This document shows positions 18,631-29,225 of a DNA stretch of 64,000 nt, piece by piece. The translations under genes and the position numbers were made by a program. Each line of letters starts with the position of its first letter. Positions within the stretch are counted from its first letter, which is position 1. Source of the DNA: Chitinophagales bacterium (GTDB lineage: Bacteria; Bacteroidota; Bacteroidia; Chitinophagales; S012-47); NCBI GenBank assembly GCA_015487695.1, contig WFPF01000130.1, positions 19,079-83,078 of the forward strand, in the 5' to 3' direction. The notes beneath the pieces were generated by a model that was given only the letters and a program-made list of their open reading frames with translations, ran no database searches and was not told where the DNA came from.

Positions 18631-19368
18631 ATGAAGAGTAAATCATTCACCGTCATTCTGGCCTTTCTTCTTGGCCCTCTGGGCCTGCATCGTCTCTATT
18701 TGCGCCAATATCGTCTGGCCTTCTTTTATCTGGCCTACCCGATTACCCTGTTGACTGCGGTTTTTTATTTTACCGGATATCTTGAAGTGCTGAGCGATGC
18801 AGGTCCTGCTGAAGCCATTGGCACGCTCGCCAGTTTCGCTCCCTTGTTTTTAATTCTCCCCTTCATTGACGGCATTCGCTTTTTGCTCATGCCGGGCGAG
18901 AAGTTCACTATCCGCTATAATTCCAGGCAAAAGCACGCCACCAAAGAAGTCTATTATTCCATTGGAGTTCTTCTGCTCGGTGTTCTTTACAACTATCTGA
19001 TCTTTCACACTTTCTACGAAAAGCCCGTGCTCGATCTCAGCAAGAAGGCCGATATAGAAATCACTGCTGAAGACCTGGCCGCGGCCTTTAGCAAGAACGA
19101 AGAAGAAGCTGCCATGGAATATGCAGGAAAAGTTCTTGGCGTAAGCGGTGTGATCGAATCGGAAGAGACACAGCTAGCGCAGGACGGTGAAGAAAAGGTG
19201 CTCATTCTCACCGGAGACGGGAATCTGACAATACGATGTGAATTCAAGCCCGAAGAACAGAAAAAAATAAAAGATCTCTCGGTCGGTGATGAAATCTCGT
19301 TGAAAGGCAGCTATCGCGAAGTAATGATTTTCGATGTGGTGCTCGAACAATGTGTGCTCAACGAATAG
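18631..19368 (+). CDS. TM2-domain membrane protein fused to an OB-fold (tRNA_anti-like) domain
   Basis: N-terminus AFLLGPLGLHRLYL is TM2-like. C-terminus ITAEDLAAAFSKNEEEAAMEYAGKVLGVSGVI...IRCEF...GDEISLKGSY...LEQCVL matches the tRNA_anti-like OB pattern. Confidence 0.7.
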   Translation: MKSKSFTVILAFLLGPLGLHRLYLRQYRLAFFYLAYPITLLTAVFYFTGYLEVLSDAGPAEAIGTLASFAPLFLILPFIDGIRFLLMPGEKFTIRYNSRQKHATKEVYYSIGVLLLGVLYNYLIFHTFYEKPVLDLSKKADIEITAEDLAAAFSKNEEEAAMEYAGKVLGVSGVIESEETQLAQDGEEKVLILTGDGNLTIRCEFKPEEQKKIKDLSVGDEISLKGSYREVMIFDVVLEQCVLNE

Positions 19369-19423
19369 TCGGGGCCGCTGCGGAAAATATGAGAATGGCC
19401 TCTGTGCTTTGTAACTTTACGGC

Positions 19424-20053
19424 ATGAACCTGCCATCCAAACTGCTTGACGATGCGGTGAATGCCTTTGCCGCACTGCCGGGAATCGGCAAAAAGACCGC
19501 CTTGCGCCTGGTGTTGCATTTGCTCAACAGGGAGGAAGCCGAGGTGGAGGAATTCAGTGAAACCATTGCCCGCATGCGCAGGGAAATCGCTTTTTGTGAA
19601 AAATGCGGCAACATTGCCGACAGCAGGGAAACACCCCTTTGCAGCATTTGTGCGAATCCCGGGCGCAAACATGAGCTGATCTGCGTGGTCGAAAACCTTC
19701 GCGACCTCATTGCCATCGAGTCTACCGGCCAATTTAGCGGCAGCTACCACATTCTGGGTGGCATCATCAGTCCCGTAGACGGCATAGGACCCGAAGACCT
19801 GCAGCTCGAGTCACTTATCAAAAGAGTGAAGGAAGACAATGTCAGCGAATTGATCATGGCCCTGCCTCCCAATATTGAAGGCGATACGACCATCTTCTAT
19901 ATCTCACGAAACATCGACAAATCAAAAACCCGCATCACGGCTATTGCCCGCGGCATATCTTTCGGCAACGACCTGGAATACGTGGATGAATTTACTTTAT
20001 CGCGTTCCCTTGCCAACCGTTTGCCCTATGAAAACTATCTGGTCAATAAGTAA
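19424..20053 (+). CDS. recR: recombination protein RecR
   Basis: HhH LPGIGKKTALRL, zinc finger CEKCGN...CSIC, Toprim ICVVENLRDLIAIE. Confidence 0.95.
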   Translation: MNLPSKLLDDAVNAFAALPGIGKKTALRLVLHLLNREEAEVEEFSETIARMRREIAFCEKCGNIADSRETPLCSICANPGRKHELICVVENLRDLIAIESTGQFSGSYHILGGIISPVDGIGPEDLQLESLIKRVKEDNVSELIMALPPNIEGDTTIFYISRNIDKSKTRITAIARGISFGNDLEYVDEFTLSRSLANRLPYENYLVNK

Positions 20054-22020
20054 TGGCAAAGCTTTCGGTCATCATTGTCAGTTATAATGTGAAGTACTTC
20101 CTCGAGCAGGCGCTGCAGTCGGTGCTGAGGGCTTCGCGTAATCTTGATGTGGAAATATGGGTAGTGGACAATGCATCCGGTGATGGGTCGCCCGATATGG
20201 TGCGTGAGCGCTTTCCGCAGGTAAAACTTATTGCAAACAATGAGAATCTCGGATTCTCAAAGGCCAACAACCAGGCCATCGAAAAATCTTCTGCAGAATA
20301 CATTCTTCTGCTCAATCCCGATACCGTGGTAGAGGAAGACACCCTCGAAAAATGTGTCGCATTCATGGACAAACATCCCGAAGCCGGTGGACTGGGTGTC
20401 AAGATGCTGGACGGAAAAGGGAAGTTCCTCAAAGAATCGAAACGTGCATTCCCTTCGCCTTCCGTGGCTTTTTACAAAGCTTTCGGCCTGACGGCCCTCT
20501 TTCCCTCTTCCCGGACCTTCGCCCGCTACTACCTGGGACATCTGAGCAATGAGGAAGTACAGGAGGTGGAAGTGCTGGCAGGGGCCTTCATGATGCTGCG
20601 CAAAAGCGTGCTGGACGAAATCGGGCTCCTTGACGAGACCTTCTTTATGTATGGGGAAGACATCGACCTCTCCTACCGCATCGTCCGGGCGGGCTATAAA
20701 AATTATTACTTTCCCGGCACCCGTATCATCCATTACAAAGGAGAGAGTACGAAGAAGAGCAGTGTCAATTATGTGCGGGTTTTTTACCGGGCCATGGCGC
20801 TTTTCTACAGCAAGCACTTTGGCAAGAAAAACGCCCGTCTATTTTCTCTTTTTATCCATCTTGCCATCTGGATCAAAGCGGCCCTTTCCCTCTTTTCCAG
20901 AATGGCCGGCCGCCTGGCACTTCCTTTTGCCGATGGCCTTCTTATTTACGGGGGGCTCTATCTGATAAAAAACTACTGGGAGACGATTGTAAAAAAATCT
21001 CCCGACTACTATCCTTTTGAGTTTGCCGCTTATATCATGCCGCTCTATGTCCTCATCTGGCTGGTGTCGATCTATTTCAGCGGGGGATACGACCGACCCT
21101 ACAAGCTTTCGAAAAGCCTTCGCGGAGTGCTTGCCGGAGCCCTCATCATCTCTGCCATCTACGGCTTTCTGGATGAAACTTACCGCTACTCGCGGGCCAT
21201 CATTGCACTCGGTACGGCCTGGGCCGTTCTGGAAGTCGTCATCACGCGCCTGGCCATTCACTTCTATAAATACCGCACACTGGATATCGAAAGAGGCGAC
21301 AACAGCAACTTCCTGATTGTGGGCAGCCCCGAGGAGAGCCATCGGGTCCTTTCGCTGCTCAAACAAAGCGGCATCAGCTCGAGTTTCAGGGGACTGGTTT
21401 CGCTCAATGAAGAAAGCAGAAATGAAGATCATCATCTCGGGGACATCAGCGAATTGCAGGATATTGCCGAGCTCTATGAAGTGAATGAGATTATCTTTTG
21501 TGCGCGCGATGTGCCTGCCGCGGTCATCATCGACCAGATCAGCAAGCTGGGACCGGGGAAAGAATACAAGATCGTTCCGGAGGATGGCCTGAGCATCATC
21601 GGAAGCAATTCAAAAAACACAGCCGGTGAGCTCTATGCCATGGATGTAAATCTGCAAATATCCAGGCCCGCCAGCAAACGCAACAAGCGGCTCTTCGATC
21701 TCGGCATCGCCCTGCTCCTGTTCATCTTCCTGCCCTTCTACATCTGGTTTGTCAAGGAAAAGCGAAAGATGATCAGCCATATTTTCTCTGTTTTGTCGGG
21801 AAAAAAGACCTGGATTTCCTATGCGGCCGAAAGCGAGCGTTCCCCCTTCCATCTGCCCCCCCTGCGGCCCGGCATTTTAAGTCCGCTCGATGCGGCCCGC
21901 AACCGAAAAATAGCCGGAAAAAACCTGCACAAGCTGAACCTGCAATATGCCCGCGATTTCTCGGTCTGGCATGACCTTTCGATTCTGAGAAAATTTCTTT
22001 TGAAAAAAATACGCAAATAA
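20053..22020 (+). CDS. family 2 glycosyltransferase with a large C-terminal polytopic membrane region
   Basis: LSVIIVSYNVKYFLEQAL, VVDNASGDGS and the LLLNPDT DxD context. The C-terminal half has multiple TM segments plus a KRLFDLGIALLL sugar-transferase-like element. TAATG overlap with recR. Confidence 0.85.
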   Translation: MAKLSVIIVSYNVKYFLEQALQSVLRASRNLDVEIWVVDNASGDGSPDMVRERFPQVKLIANNENLGFSKANNQAIEKSSAEYILLLNPDTVVEEDTLEKCVAFMDKHPEAGGLGVKMLDGKGKFLKESKRAFPSPSVAFYKAFGLTALFPSSRTFARYYLGHLSNEEVQEVEVLAGAFMMLRKSVLDEIGLLDETFFMYGEDIDLSYRIVRAGYKNYYFPGTRIIHYKGESTKKSSVNYVRVFYRAMALFYSKHFGKKNARLFSLFIHLAIWIKAALSLFSRMAGRLALPFADGLLIYGGLYLIKNYWETIVKKSPDYYPFEFAAYIMPLYVLIWLVSIYFSGGYDRPYKLSKSLRGVLAGALIISAIYGFLDETYRYSRAIIALGTAWAVLEVVITRLAIHFYKYRTLDIERGDNSNFLIVGSPEESHRVLSLLKQSGISSSFRGLVSLNEESRNEDHHLGDISELQDIAELYEVNEIIFCARDVPAAVIIDQISKLGPGKEYKIVPEDGLSIIGSNSKNTAGELYAMDVNLQISRPASKRNKRLFDLGIALLLFIFLPFYIWFVKEKRKMISHIFSVLSGKKTWISYAAESERSPFHLPPLRPGILSPLDAARNRKIAGKNLHKLNLQYARDFSVWHDLSILRKFLLKKIRK

Positions 22021-22024
22021 GTCC

Positions 22025-23176
22025 TTAGCCGGCTTTGGCTTCTTCTTTGCCCGAAAGGGCCATTATTTCCCTGTAGTAAGCCTCATAGAGAGGCATGATC
22101 TTCTCCACGTCAAAGCGCTTCGCCTGCTCATAGGCATTCTGCCTGAACTCCTTAAGCAGCTTCTCATCCCGGAGCAGCTTCAGAGCATTTGCGGCCATAT
22201 CCTCCACATCGCCCACGGGGCTCACAAATCCGGTGACACCGTCAATATTGACTTCCGGAATTCCGCCTGCATCGGATGAAATAACCGGCACATGGCAGGC
22301 CATGGCTTCCAGCGCGGCCAGGCCGAAGCTCTCATTCTCCGAGGGCAGGATCATGAGGTCAGAGACAGCCAGAATCTCTTCCACCGCTTCCTGCTTGCCC
22401 AGAAAGACCACCTTGTCGCATATCCCGAGAATACGGCACTGCTGCTCCATTTCCTGGCGGGTCGGGCCGTCACCCACCAGCAACAATTTGGCATCGATTT
22501 CTTTCAATACAAGCGCAAACACAGCCAGCACATCTTCCACACGTTTCAGCTTGCGAAAGTTGGACACATGCACCAGAATGCGCTCGCCTTCTCCGGCAAT
22601 GGCCCTCTTAAAGTGCTCCTTGTTGTGTTTTTGAAAACGCTCCAGATCTACAAAGTTGGGGATGACCCGTATGTCCTTGCTGATCTCAAAATGCTTGTAG
22701 GTATCCTTTTTCAGATATTCCGAGACGGCTGTCACACCATCGGACTTGTTAATGGAAAAAGTCACGACCGGAAGATAGGTAATATCGCGCCCCACGAGGG
22801 TGATATCGGTTCCGTGCAATGTGGTGATCACCGGCAGGGTAAGCCCTTCCTCCCGCAGGATCAGCTTGGCCATAAAAGCCGTTGCCGCATGCGGAATGGC
22901 ATAGTGTACATGCAGAATATCCAGTTTTTCAAAACGGGCGACATCCACAATCTTGCTCGTCAGTGCCGACTCATAGGGGGAATACTGAAAGAGCGGATAA
23001 TCGGAAAAACGGACTTCATGGAAAAAAATATTGGGATGGTAGGTATCGAGCCTTGCGGGCTGCTGATAGGAGATAAAATGCACTATGTGCCCCTTGTCGG
23101 CCATGGCTTTGCCCAGCTCGGTAGCCACCACACCCGACCCTCCGTAGGTAGGGTAACATACAATCCCGATTCTCAT
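22025..23176 (-). CDS. bshA: N-acetyl-alpha-D-glucosaminyl L-malate synthase BshA (GT4)
   Basis: MRIGIVCYPTYGGSGVVATELGKAMADKGH N-terminus and ESFGLAALEAMA motif. Start taken at ATG 23176 rather than ORF-track 23245. Confidence 0.85.
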   Translation of the reverse strand: MRIGIVCYPTYGGSGVVATELGKAMADKGHIVHFISYQQPARLDTYHPNIFFHEVRFSDYPLFQYSPYESALTSKIVDVARFEKLDILHVHYAIPHAATAFMAKLILREEGLTLPVITTLHGTDITLVGRDITYLPVVTFSINKSDGVTAVSEYLKKDTYKHFEISKDIRVIPNFVDLERFQKHNKEHFKRAIAGEGERILVHVSNFRKLKRVEDVLAVFALVLKEIDAKLLLVGDGPTRQEMEQQCRILGICDKVVFLGKQEAVEEILAVSDLMILPSENESFGLAALEAMACHVPVISSDAGGIPEVNIDGVTGFVSPVGDVEDMAANALKLLRDEKLLKEFRQNAYEQAKRFDVEKIMPLYEAYYREIMALSGKEEAKAG

Positions 23177-23201
23177 GGGCGCTAATTTAGCATTTCCTCT
23201 T

Positions 23202-26126
23202 TCAATTCTCCTCCTGTGGGCTGAGCAATGTACGGTAAAGGACATCCTGAATGCGCGTGCGAATATTTTCGGTGATGAGTTTGCGGTTCTCGGCCGTGGG
23301 ATGAATGCGGTTTGAGAGGAAAATGAAGATCATCTGATTCTCGGGATCGACCCAGGCTGCCGTGCCGGTAAAGCCCGTATGGCCGAAAACACTTTTGGGT
23401 GCCAGGTGCGAAACCGGACTTGGTCCGTTGTCTTCCAGAATGGGTTTGTCAAAACCATACCCCCTCCGGCTCAGCGTATTGTGCCGGCTGGTAAAATAGC
23501 GTACCGTAGAGTCATTCAGGAATCGCTCGCCACCGTATTCCCCCCCGTTGAGCAACATCTGCATGAGGATGGCGAGGTCATTGGCATCGGAAAAAAGGCC
23601 GGCATGGCCGCTTACCCCGCCCCACATGGCCGCACCCGGATCGTGAACGTAGCCGTGTATGAGCTGATGGCGAAATTCCTGATCCATTTCGGTAGGGATA
23701 ATCCTTTCCTTCGGGAATTTCTCCAGCGGGCGGTAGGTCATCGTCTGCAAACCGAGGGGGCGGTAAAATATCTCCTGCACGAAAGAGTCGAGCGGAGTGC
23801 GGGTGACGGCTTCTATCAGCTTCTTAAAAAGATAAAAACCGAGATCGCTGTACTGATACTCCACGGGATACTGCAGTTTGGAATTCACTATGCGCTGAAA
23901 AATGGAATCCTCATAGACTTCGCGCATGTAGAGATCTTCGGCCACCTGCACCGAGTAGATGCTGTCTTTCCGGTAATGAAAATAGTGCTCGAAAAGCGAG
24001 TCGTTCTGCGTGACGAACGTATAAAAAGGTATCCACGCCTGCAGGCCCGCAGTGTGTGTGAGAATGTCGCGCAGCTTCAGCTTTTCCAGCCGGGTTCCCT
24101 GCAATTCGGGCAGGTAATCCGAAAGCGTGGTGTTCAGCTCCAGTTGCTTGTTGTCAAAAAGATACATCAGAGAGATCGTAGTAGCCGCCACCTTGGTGAT
24201 TGAGGCCAGGTCATAGAGGTCGGTCATCCGCACTTTTTTCTGTGAATGATAAACCGGATGTCCAAAGGCCTTTTCGTAAATCACCAGCCCGTCTTTGACG
24301 ACCATCACCTGGCAGCCGGGTGTGGCCTTGATGCGCAAGGCCTCATGCACTATGGTATCAATGGAGTCAAGCACGGCCGAAGAATAGCCCAACTCTCCCG
24401 GCATGCCGTATCCCAGACGGATAGGAGCCTTTGGCCGAAGACCCCGGCCGAAGAAGAACTTATTGGAAACACTCACCGGCAGCTGCCCCCTGAAAGCACG
24501 CCCACCGAATATCAGTTGCGGCACCAGCATCCCGGCATAAGGCGTTTCTTCGTAGGCTACGATCACATGATCGGCAAAGTCAAAAAATTCTAGGCTGTAG
24601 GGCGAACCGTAAAGCACAATGATTACCCGGGTTTCGGCATTCAGCTTTTTTAAAAAATCCAGCGTGCCGGCATCCAGGCCGAAGTTTCGCGATGCATATC
24701 GGCTCATTGAAAACACATTCACCACTACACACTCATACTTTTTGAGGCTGCTCAGCAAAGCTTCCCGCAAAGCCCGGGGTGCATTCTTCTCCATGCGAAA
24801 ATGATCGGCCTTTTTGTATCGCGCAAAGTAGGATTCAAACTGACGCCCCTCACCGGCTATGGAAAGGGTGGCCATTTCCAGGGTATCGACCAGCTTCAGC
24901 GGTAAAATGGAATCGCTGTCGCGGGCCAGGGTAATGGCATGGGCCAGCAGTTTCAGATGCAGGGCTTCCACATCGCGGTTGTTCAGGCGCTTGTAGATAT
25001 CTTCTTCCGGAAGGGGTTTCCAATGATTCAGCCCGGCCAGGTATTTGGCATTCAATATCTTTTTCACACTCTCATCGAGGCGGCTCATGGAGAGTTCCCC
25101 GCTTTTTATTTTTTCCCGGAATAGCGCCATCGTTTCGGGGATATCCTGCGGAAAAAGCAATATATCATTGCCGGCCATAAAGGCCTTGTAGCTCAGCAGA
25201 CCGGGTTGACTGTAGGCTCCGGCTCCCTTCATGCTCAGGGCATCGGTGACGACCAGCCCCCGGAATTTCATTTCCTTCTTCAACAGCCCGCTGACTATGC
25301 GGGGGCTCAGTGAGGAGGGAATGCTCTTATCAGGTTCCAGAGCGGGCACCTGCAGGTGAGCCGTCATCACACTCATCACTCCCTGCCTGATCAGAATGCA
25401 AAAGGGGAAAAGCTCAATGGAATCGAGGCGCGCGCGGCTGTGCGGAATGAGCGGCAGGTCGTGGTGGCTGTCTTTTTCCGTATCTCCGTGGCCGGGAAAA
25501 TGCTTGGCACAGGCCATCACACCATGCTCCTGCATGCCCTTCATATATTCCAGGCCGCGAAGAGCCACGGCATAGCGATTTTCGCCAAATGAGCGGTCGT
25601 TGATCACCGGGTTGTTGATGTTGTTGTTCACATCTACCACAGGCGCAAAATTGAGATGAACCCCCACGGCTTTGCACTGCCGGGCGACCTCCGCACCGAA
25701 ATCGTAAATAAGGCGGTGATCCCTGATGGCACCGAGCGTCAGTTGCCTCGGAAAAGAATGGGTGCTGTCAAGCCGCATACCCAGCCCCCACTCGGCATCC
25801 TGCGAAACGAGCAGGGGAATTTTGCTTGCCGATTGCAGGGCATTGCCGAGTCTTATCTGCCTCACCGGCCCGCCCTGCATGAATATGATACCTCCAATGT
25901 GGTATCTACGGATCATCTTCTGCAATTCGCTCCGGTATTTGGCGTCTTTGTTGCTATAAACCGGAATCATAAAAAGCTGTCCGATCTTCTCCTCCGGTGT
26001 CATTTGTCGCATAAGGCTGTCGCTCCATGCCGAAGCGCGCTGCGCATCGCTCTGTGCCTCTGCGCTCAGATGGCCAAAAAGGGCCGGAATCAGTGTTAAA
26101 AAAAAGATCAGTACGCTCTTACACAT
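23202..26126 (-). CDS. GH3 (NagZ-like beta-hexosaminidase) fused to a serine beta-lactamase/transpeptidase-like domain
   Basis: Signal peptide present. GH3 motif KHFPGHGDT. The C-terminal half has SxxK (ASITK) and beta-lactamase-family features. Confidence 0.9.
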   Translation of the reverse strand: MCKSVLIFFLTLIPALFGHLSAEAQSDAQRASAWSDSLMRQMTPEEKIGQLFMIPVYSNKDAKYRSELQKMIRRYHIGGIIFMQGGPVRQIRLGNALQSASKIPLLVSQDAEWGLGMRLDSTHSFPRQLTLGAIRDHRLIYDFGAEVARQCKAVGVHLNFAPVVDVNNNINNPVINDRSFGENRYAVALRGLEYMKGMQEHGVMACAKHFPGHGDTEKDSHHDLPLIPHSRARLDSIELFPFCILIRQGVMSVMTAHLQVPALEPDKSIPSSLSPRIVSGLLKKEMKFRGLVVTDALSMKGAGAYSQPGLLSYKAFMAGNDILLFPQDIPETMALFREKIKSGELSMSRLDESVKKILNAKYLAGLNHWKPLPEEDIYKRLNNRDVEALHLKLLAHAITLARDSDSILPLKLVDTLEMATLSIAGEGRQFESYFARYKKADHFRMEKNAPRALREALLSSLKKYECVVVNVFSMSRYASRNFGLDAGTLDFLKKLNAETRVIIVLYGSPYSLEFFDFADHVIVAYEETPYAGMLVPQLIFGGRAFRGQLPVSVSNKFFFGRGLRPKAPIRLGYGMPGELGYSSAVLDSIDTIVHEALRIKATPGCQVMVVKDGLVIYEKAFGHPVYHSQKKVRMTDLYDLASITKVAATTISLMYLFDNKQLELNTTLSDYLPELQGTRLEKLKLRDILTHTAGLQAWIPFYTFVTQNDSLFEHYFHYRKDSIYSVQVAEDLYMREVYEDSIFQRIVNSKLQYPVEYQYSDLGFYLFKKLIEAVTRTPLDSFVQEIFYRPLGLQTMTYRPLEKFPKERIIPTEMDQEFRHQLIHGYVHDPGAAMWGGVSGHAGLFSDANDLAILMQMLLNGGEYGGERFLNDSTVRYFTSRHNTLSRRGYGFDKPILEDNGPSPVSHLAPKSVFGHTGFTGTAAWVDPENQMIFIFLSNRIHPTAENRKLITENIRTRIQDVLYRTLLSPQEEN

Positions 26127-26303
26127 AGTTTATAGTCTCTGCTCCTGCAAAGCAAAGTATTTTTTAGGAGCCTGCGGCCTCCGAAGGATAAAATACATGG
26201 CAGTAACTTGGTAAAATATGACGATGAACTGAAATTAGCGATTTACCTTTATAAACTGTAGCCGCGCATTCTTCGTTTTCTGAATGAGCCAAAAAATGCA
26301 GTC

Positions 26304-26609
26304 ATGATTAAAAAAATGTTTAAGCTCCCGGATCACAGCAAGTTCAACTATGAGCCGCGCTATTACGATCCGGAGAAAGAAGAGCTGGAAAAAAGAATAC
26401 GGCTGGCCCGGATGGAGGCAGCCAGTGAAGAGGAATTTGAGAAGAAAATAAGAAACATCAAATTTGAAGACCGCCTGCGAACGGCACGCGCCAATGACCG
26501 CTTCTATGCGAGGGTACAGCATCAAAAAACAATGAGCCGGGTACGCCTTTTTATTATTTTCAATATCCTGCTTATCCTTACCATCTTTGCCATCTACAAA
26601 CTCCTATAA
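26304..26609 (+). CDS. small C-tail-anchored membrane protein, unknown function
   Basis: 101 aa. Charged N-terminal region, then a single C-terminal TM segment (LFIIFNILLILTIFAIYKLL). Ends 9 nt before mutL. Confidence 0.55.
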   Translation: MIKKMFKLPDHSKFNYEPRYYDPEKEELEKRIRLARMEAASEEEFEKKIRNIKFEDRLRTARANDRFYARVQHQKTMSRVRLFIIFNILLILTIFAIYKLL

Positions 26610-26618
26610 CCGCCCTGT

Positions 26619-28469
26619 ATGCCTGATGTCATCAAGCTTTTGCCCGATGCAATAGCCAACCAGATAGCAGCCGGTGAGGTTATTCAGCGCCCTGCCTCAG
26701 CCGTCAAAGAACTGCTGGAAAATGCCATTGATGCGGGTGCCACGGAGATTCGCCTCATCATAAAAGAGGCAGGGAAAAACCTCATTCAGGTAATTGACAA
26801 CGGCTGCGGTATGTCGCCTACCGATGCACGCATGAGCTTCGAACGCCATGCCACCTCCAAAATCAGAAAATCAGACGATCTCTTTCATATTCGCACAATG
26901 GGATTCAGGGGCGAAGCGCTGGCTTCGGTGGCAGCCATCGCCCAGGTCGAACTGAAGAGCCGCAGGCCCGAAGACGAAGTCGGTACGGAAATATTCATCG
27001 AGGCTTCGGAAGTAAAAAGGCAGGAGCCCTGCCAAATGATGCCCGGTACGAGCATTGCCATCCGCAATCTCTTTTTCAATACTCCCGCCAGGCGCCAGTT
27101 TCTCAAGTCCAACAATGTGGAGATGCGGCACATCATTGAGGAATTTCAGCGCGTGGCCCTGGCTTTCCCGCAATTGTCCTTTTCGCTCTTTCACAACAGC
27201 ATGGAGCTTTTCAACCTGCCCCCCGGCACACTCCGCAAACGCATTATCAAACTTTTCGGCAATCCCTACAACGAGCGCCTCGTCCCGGTAGACGAATCTA
27301 CCGAAGTCGTCAAGATCAGCGGCTTCATCGGCAAGCCCGAGTTTGCCCGGAAGACGCGTGGCGAGCAGTATTTCTTTGTCAACAGACGATTTATCAAAAG
27401 CCCCTATCTCCACCATGCCATCCGCTCGGCCTTTGACGATCTCCTGCCCGAGAAGGCCTACCCCCTCTATGTCATCTTCCTGCAGCTCGATCCGGGTGAC
27501 ATCGATATCAACGTGCACCCCACCAAGCAGGAAGTAAAATTTCAGGACGAACGCATTGTTTACGCATATCTCCAGTCAGCGGTGAAGCGGGCCCTGGGCA
27601 AGTACAGTGTGACGCCCTCGCTTGACTTCGAGAACGAGGCAGGCATCGAAAAATCGGCCAAATGGATTGAAGCCATGCAGGAAATGCAGTCGATGCAGGC
27701 CCCGCCCGAAAACCGGCAGCGCGATGAAGTCTACAACCCCTTCTATCCGGATGGGCGCCAGCCCCAAAAAGACCCCGATGCCAAATGGAAAGACTATTTT
27801 GAGAGCGGAGACCCGGAAAGCGGAAATTCCGCTCCGGATGACGAGACCATCACGGTTCCCAGCGGTTGGGACAGAGCCGGGCAAAACGACAGTCAGCAGG
27901 AAATTGTGCCCGTACAGATCCACGGAAGCTATATTTTGGCCACCATCAAGGGCGGGCTCATCCTCCTCGACCAGCAGGCTGCCCACGAGCGCATTCTCTA
28001 TGAACGTTTCCTCGATTCGCTGGAAAAGAACAAAGGGTTCACACAGAAGCAGCTCTTCCCGGTCACCATCCGCCTCAACACACAGGACACGGTGCTGCTT
28101 CGCAGCATACTGGATGATGTGAATGCATTGGGTTTCGACCTTCAGCATTTTGGCGAAAACGATTTTGTCATCCACGGCCTTCCGGCCGACATTGAGGGCA
28201 TCAACGAGAAAGAAGTGATCGAAGGGCTGCTGGAGCAGTACAAAGCGGCCCGCGAGGCACTGCGACTCGACAAGCGCGAGCTGCTGGCCCGGGCCATGTC
28301 GAGGCAAATGGCCATCAAGCGGGGCAAAAAACTGAGCCACGGAGAAATGCGGACCCTGATTGATGAACTTTTTGCCTGCCACGATTATTTAACTGCTCCA
28401 AACGGCAATCGCACTTTTATCAAATATTCCCTGGAAGAACTGCAGCGGCAATTTGAAAAAAAGCGCTAA
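26619..28469 (+). CDS. mutL: DNA mismatch repair protein MutL
   Basis: Canonical N-terminus IKLLPDAIANQIAAGEVIQRPASAVKELLENAIDAGAT. DNGCGM motif and C-terminal dimerisation domain. Confidence 0.95.
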   Translation: MPDVIKLLPDAIANQIAAGEVIQRPASAVKELLENAIDAGATEIRLIIKEAGKNLIQVIDNGCGMSPTDARMSFERHATSKIRKSDDLFHIRTMGFRGEALASVAAIAQVELKSRRPEDEVGTEIFIEASEVKRQEPCQMMPGTSIAIRNLFFNTPARRQFLKSNNVEMRHIIEEFQRVALAFPQLSFSLFHNSMELFNLPPGTLRKRIIKLFGNPYNERLVPVDESTEVVKISGFIGKPEFARKTRGEQYFFVNRRFIKSPYLHHAIRSAFDDLLPEKAYPLYVIFLQLDPGDIDINVHPTKQEVKFQDERIVYAYLQSAVKRALGKYSVTPSLDFENEAGIEKSAKWIEAMQEMQSMQAPPENRQRDEVYNPFYPDGRQPQKDPDAKWKDYFESGDPESGNSAPDDETITVPSGWDRAGQNDSQQEIVPVQIHGSYILATIKGGLILLDQQAAHERILYERFLDSLEKNKGFTQKQLFPVTIRLNTQDTVLLRSILDDVNALGFDLQHFGENDFVIHGLPADIEGINEKEVIEGLLEQYKAAREALRLDKRELLARAMSRQMAIKRGKKLSHGEMRTLIDELFACHDYLTAPNGNRTFIKYSLEELQRQFEKKR

Positions 28470-28499
28470 CATTGACTCAATAATTTAAGCACCGAATTC

Positions 28500-29225
28500 A
28501 TGCTACAATCGCGGCAACGTATCCCGGAGGTCACCAAGAACCTTCTTATCATCAATATCCTGGCATTTATTGCCAATATGGTCACTCCGATGGATCTCAA
28601 TTCCATTCTGGGCCTCTATTATTTTGCCTCCCCCGAGTTTCAACCATACCAGTTGGTCACACATATATTTATGCATGGCAGCCTCATGCACATTTTCTTC
28701 AACATGTTTGCCCTTTGGATGTTCGGCACCCCGCTTGAGCAGGTCTGGGGACCGAAGCGCTTTCTTATCTTTTACTTCGTCACAGCCCTCGGTGCGGCAT
28801 TCCTGCATGAGTTTGTCAACTACCTGCAGATAAGCTCCGTAATGAACGGGATGGACCCCGATAGCATTCGCATCGTCATTGCACAGGGTGCTGAAGCCAT
28901 TCGCAGCGGCCAAAACTTTATTGATCCGGCCATGGCCAAGCTCAACCTTCTGATGAATATTCCGGTGGTGGGCGCCTCGGGAGCCATCTTCGGTTTGCTC
29001 CTTGGTTTCGGAATGTTATTCCCCAATACACGGTTAATGTTGTTGTTTCCGCCCATACCGATTAAAGCCAAATACTTTGTGATCGGCTACGGGCTGATCG
29101 AACTGTTTTCGGGCGTACTTAACCGGCCGGGCGACAATGTGGCTCACTTTGCACATGTGGGCGGTATGTTGTTCGGTTTTATTTTGATTAAAATCTGGCA
29201 AAAAAGAAGAGATCGTTTTTACTGA
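28500..29225 (+). CDS. rhomboid-family intramembrane serine protease
   Basis: HIFMHGSLMHIFFNM, catalytic GASGAIFGLL, AHVGGMLFG. Confidence 0.9.
   Translation: MLQSRQRIPEVTKNLLIINILAFIANMVTPMDLNSILGLYYFASPEFQPYQLVTHIFMHGSLMHIFFNMFALWMFGTPLEQVWGPKRFLIFYFVTALGAAFLHEFVNYLQISSVMNGMDPDSIRIVIAQGAEAIRSGQNFIDPAMAKLNLLMNIPVVGASGAIFGLLLGFGMLFPNTRLMLLFPPIPIKAKYFVIGYGLIELFSGVLNRPGDNVAHFAHVGGMLFGFILIKIWQKRRDRFY

Noticed and set aside
22292-23185. 297-aa ORF antisense to bshA
   Set aside because: The sense frame is clearly a GT4 BshA.
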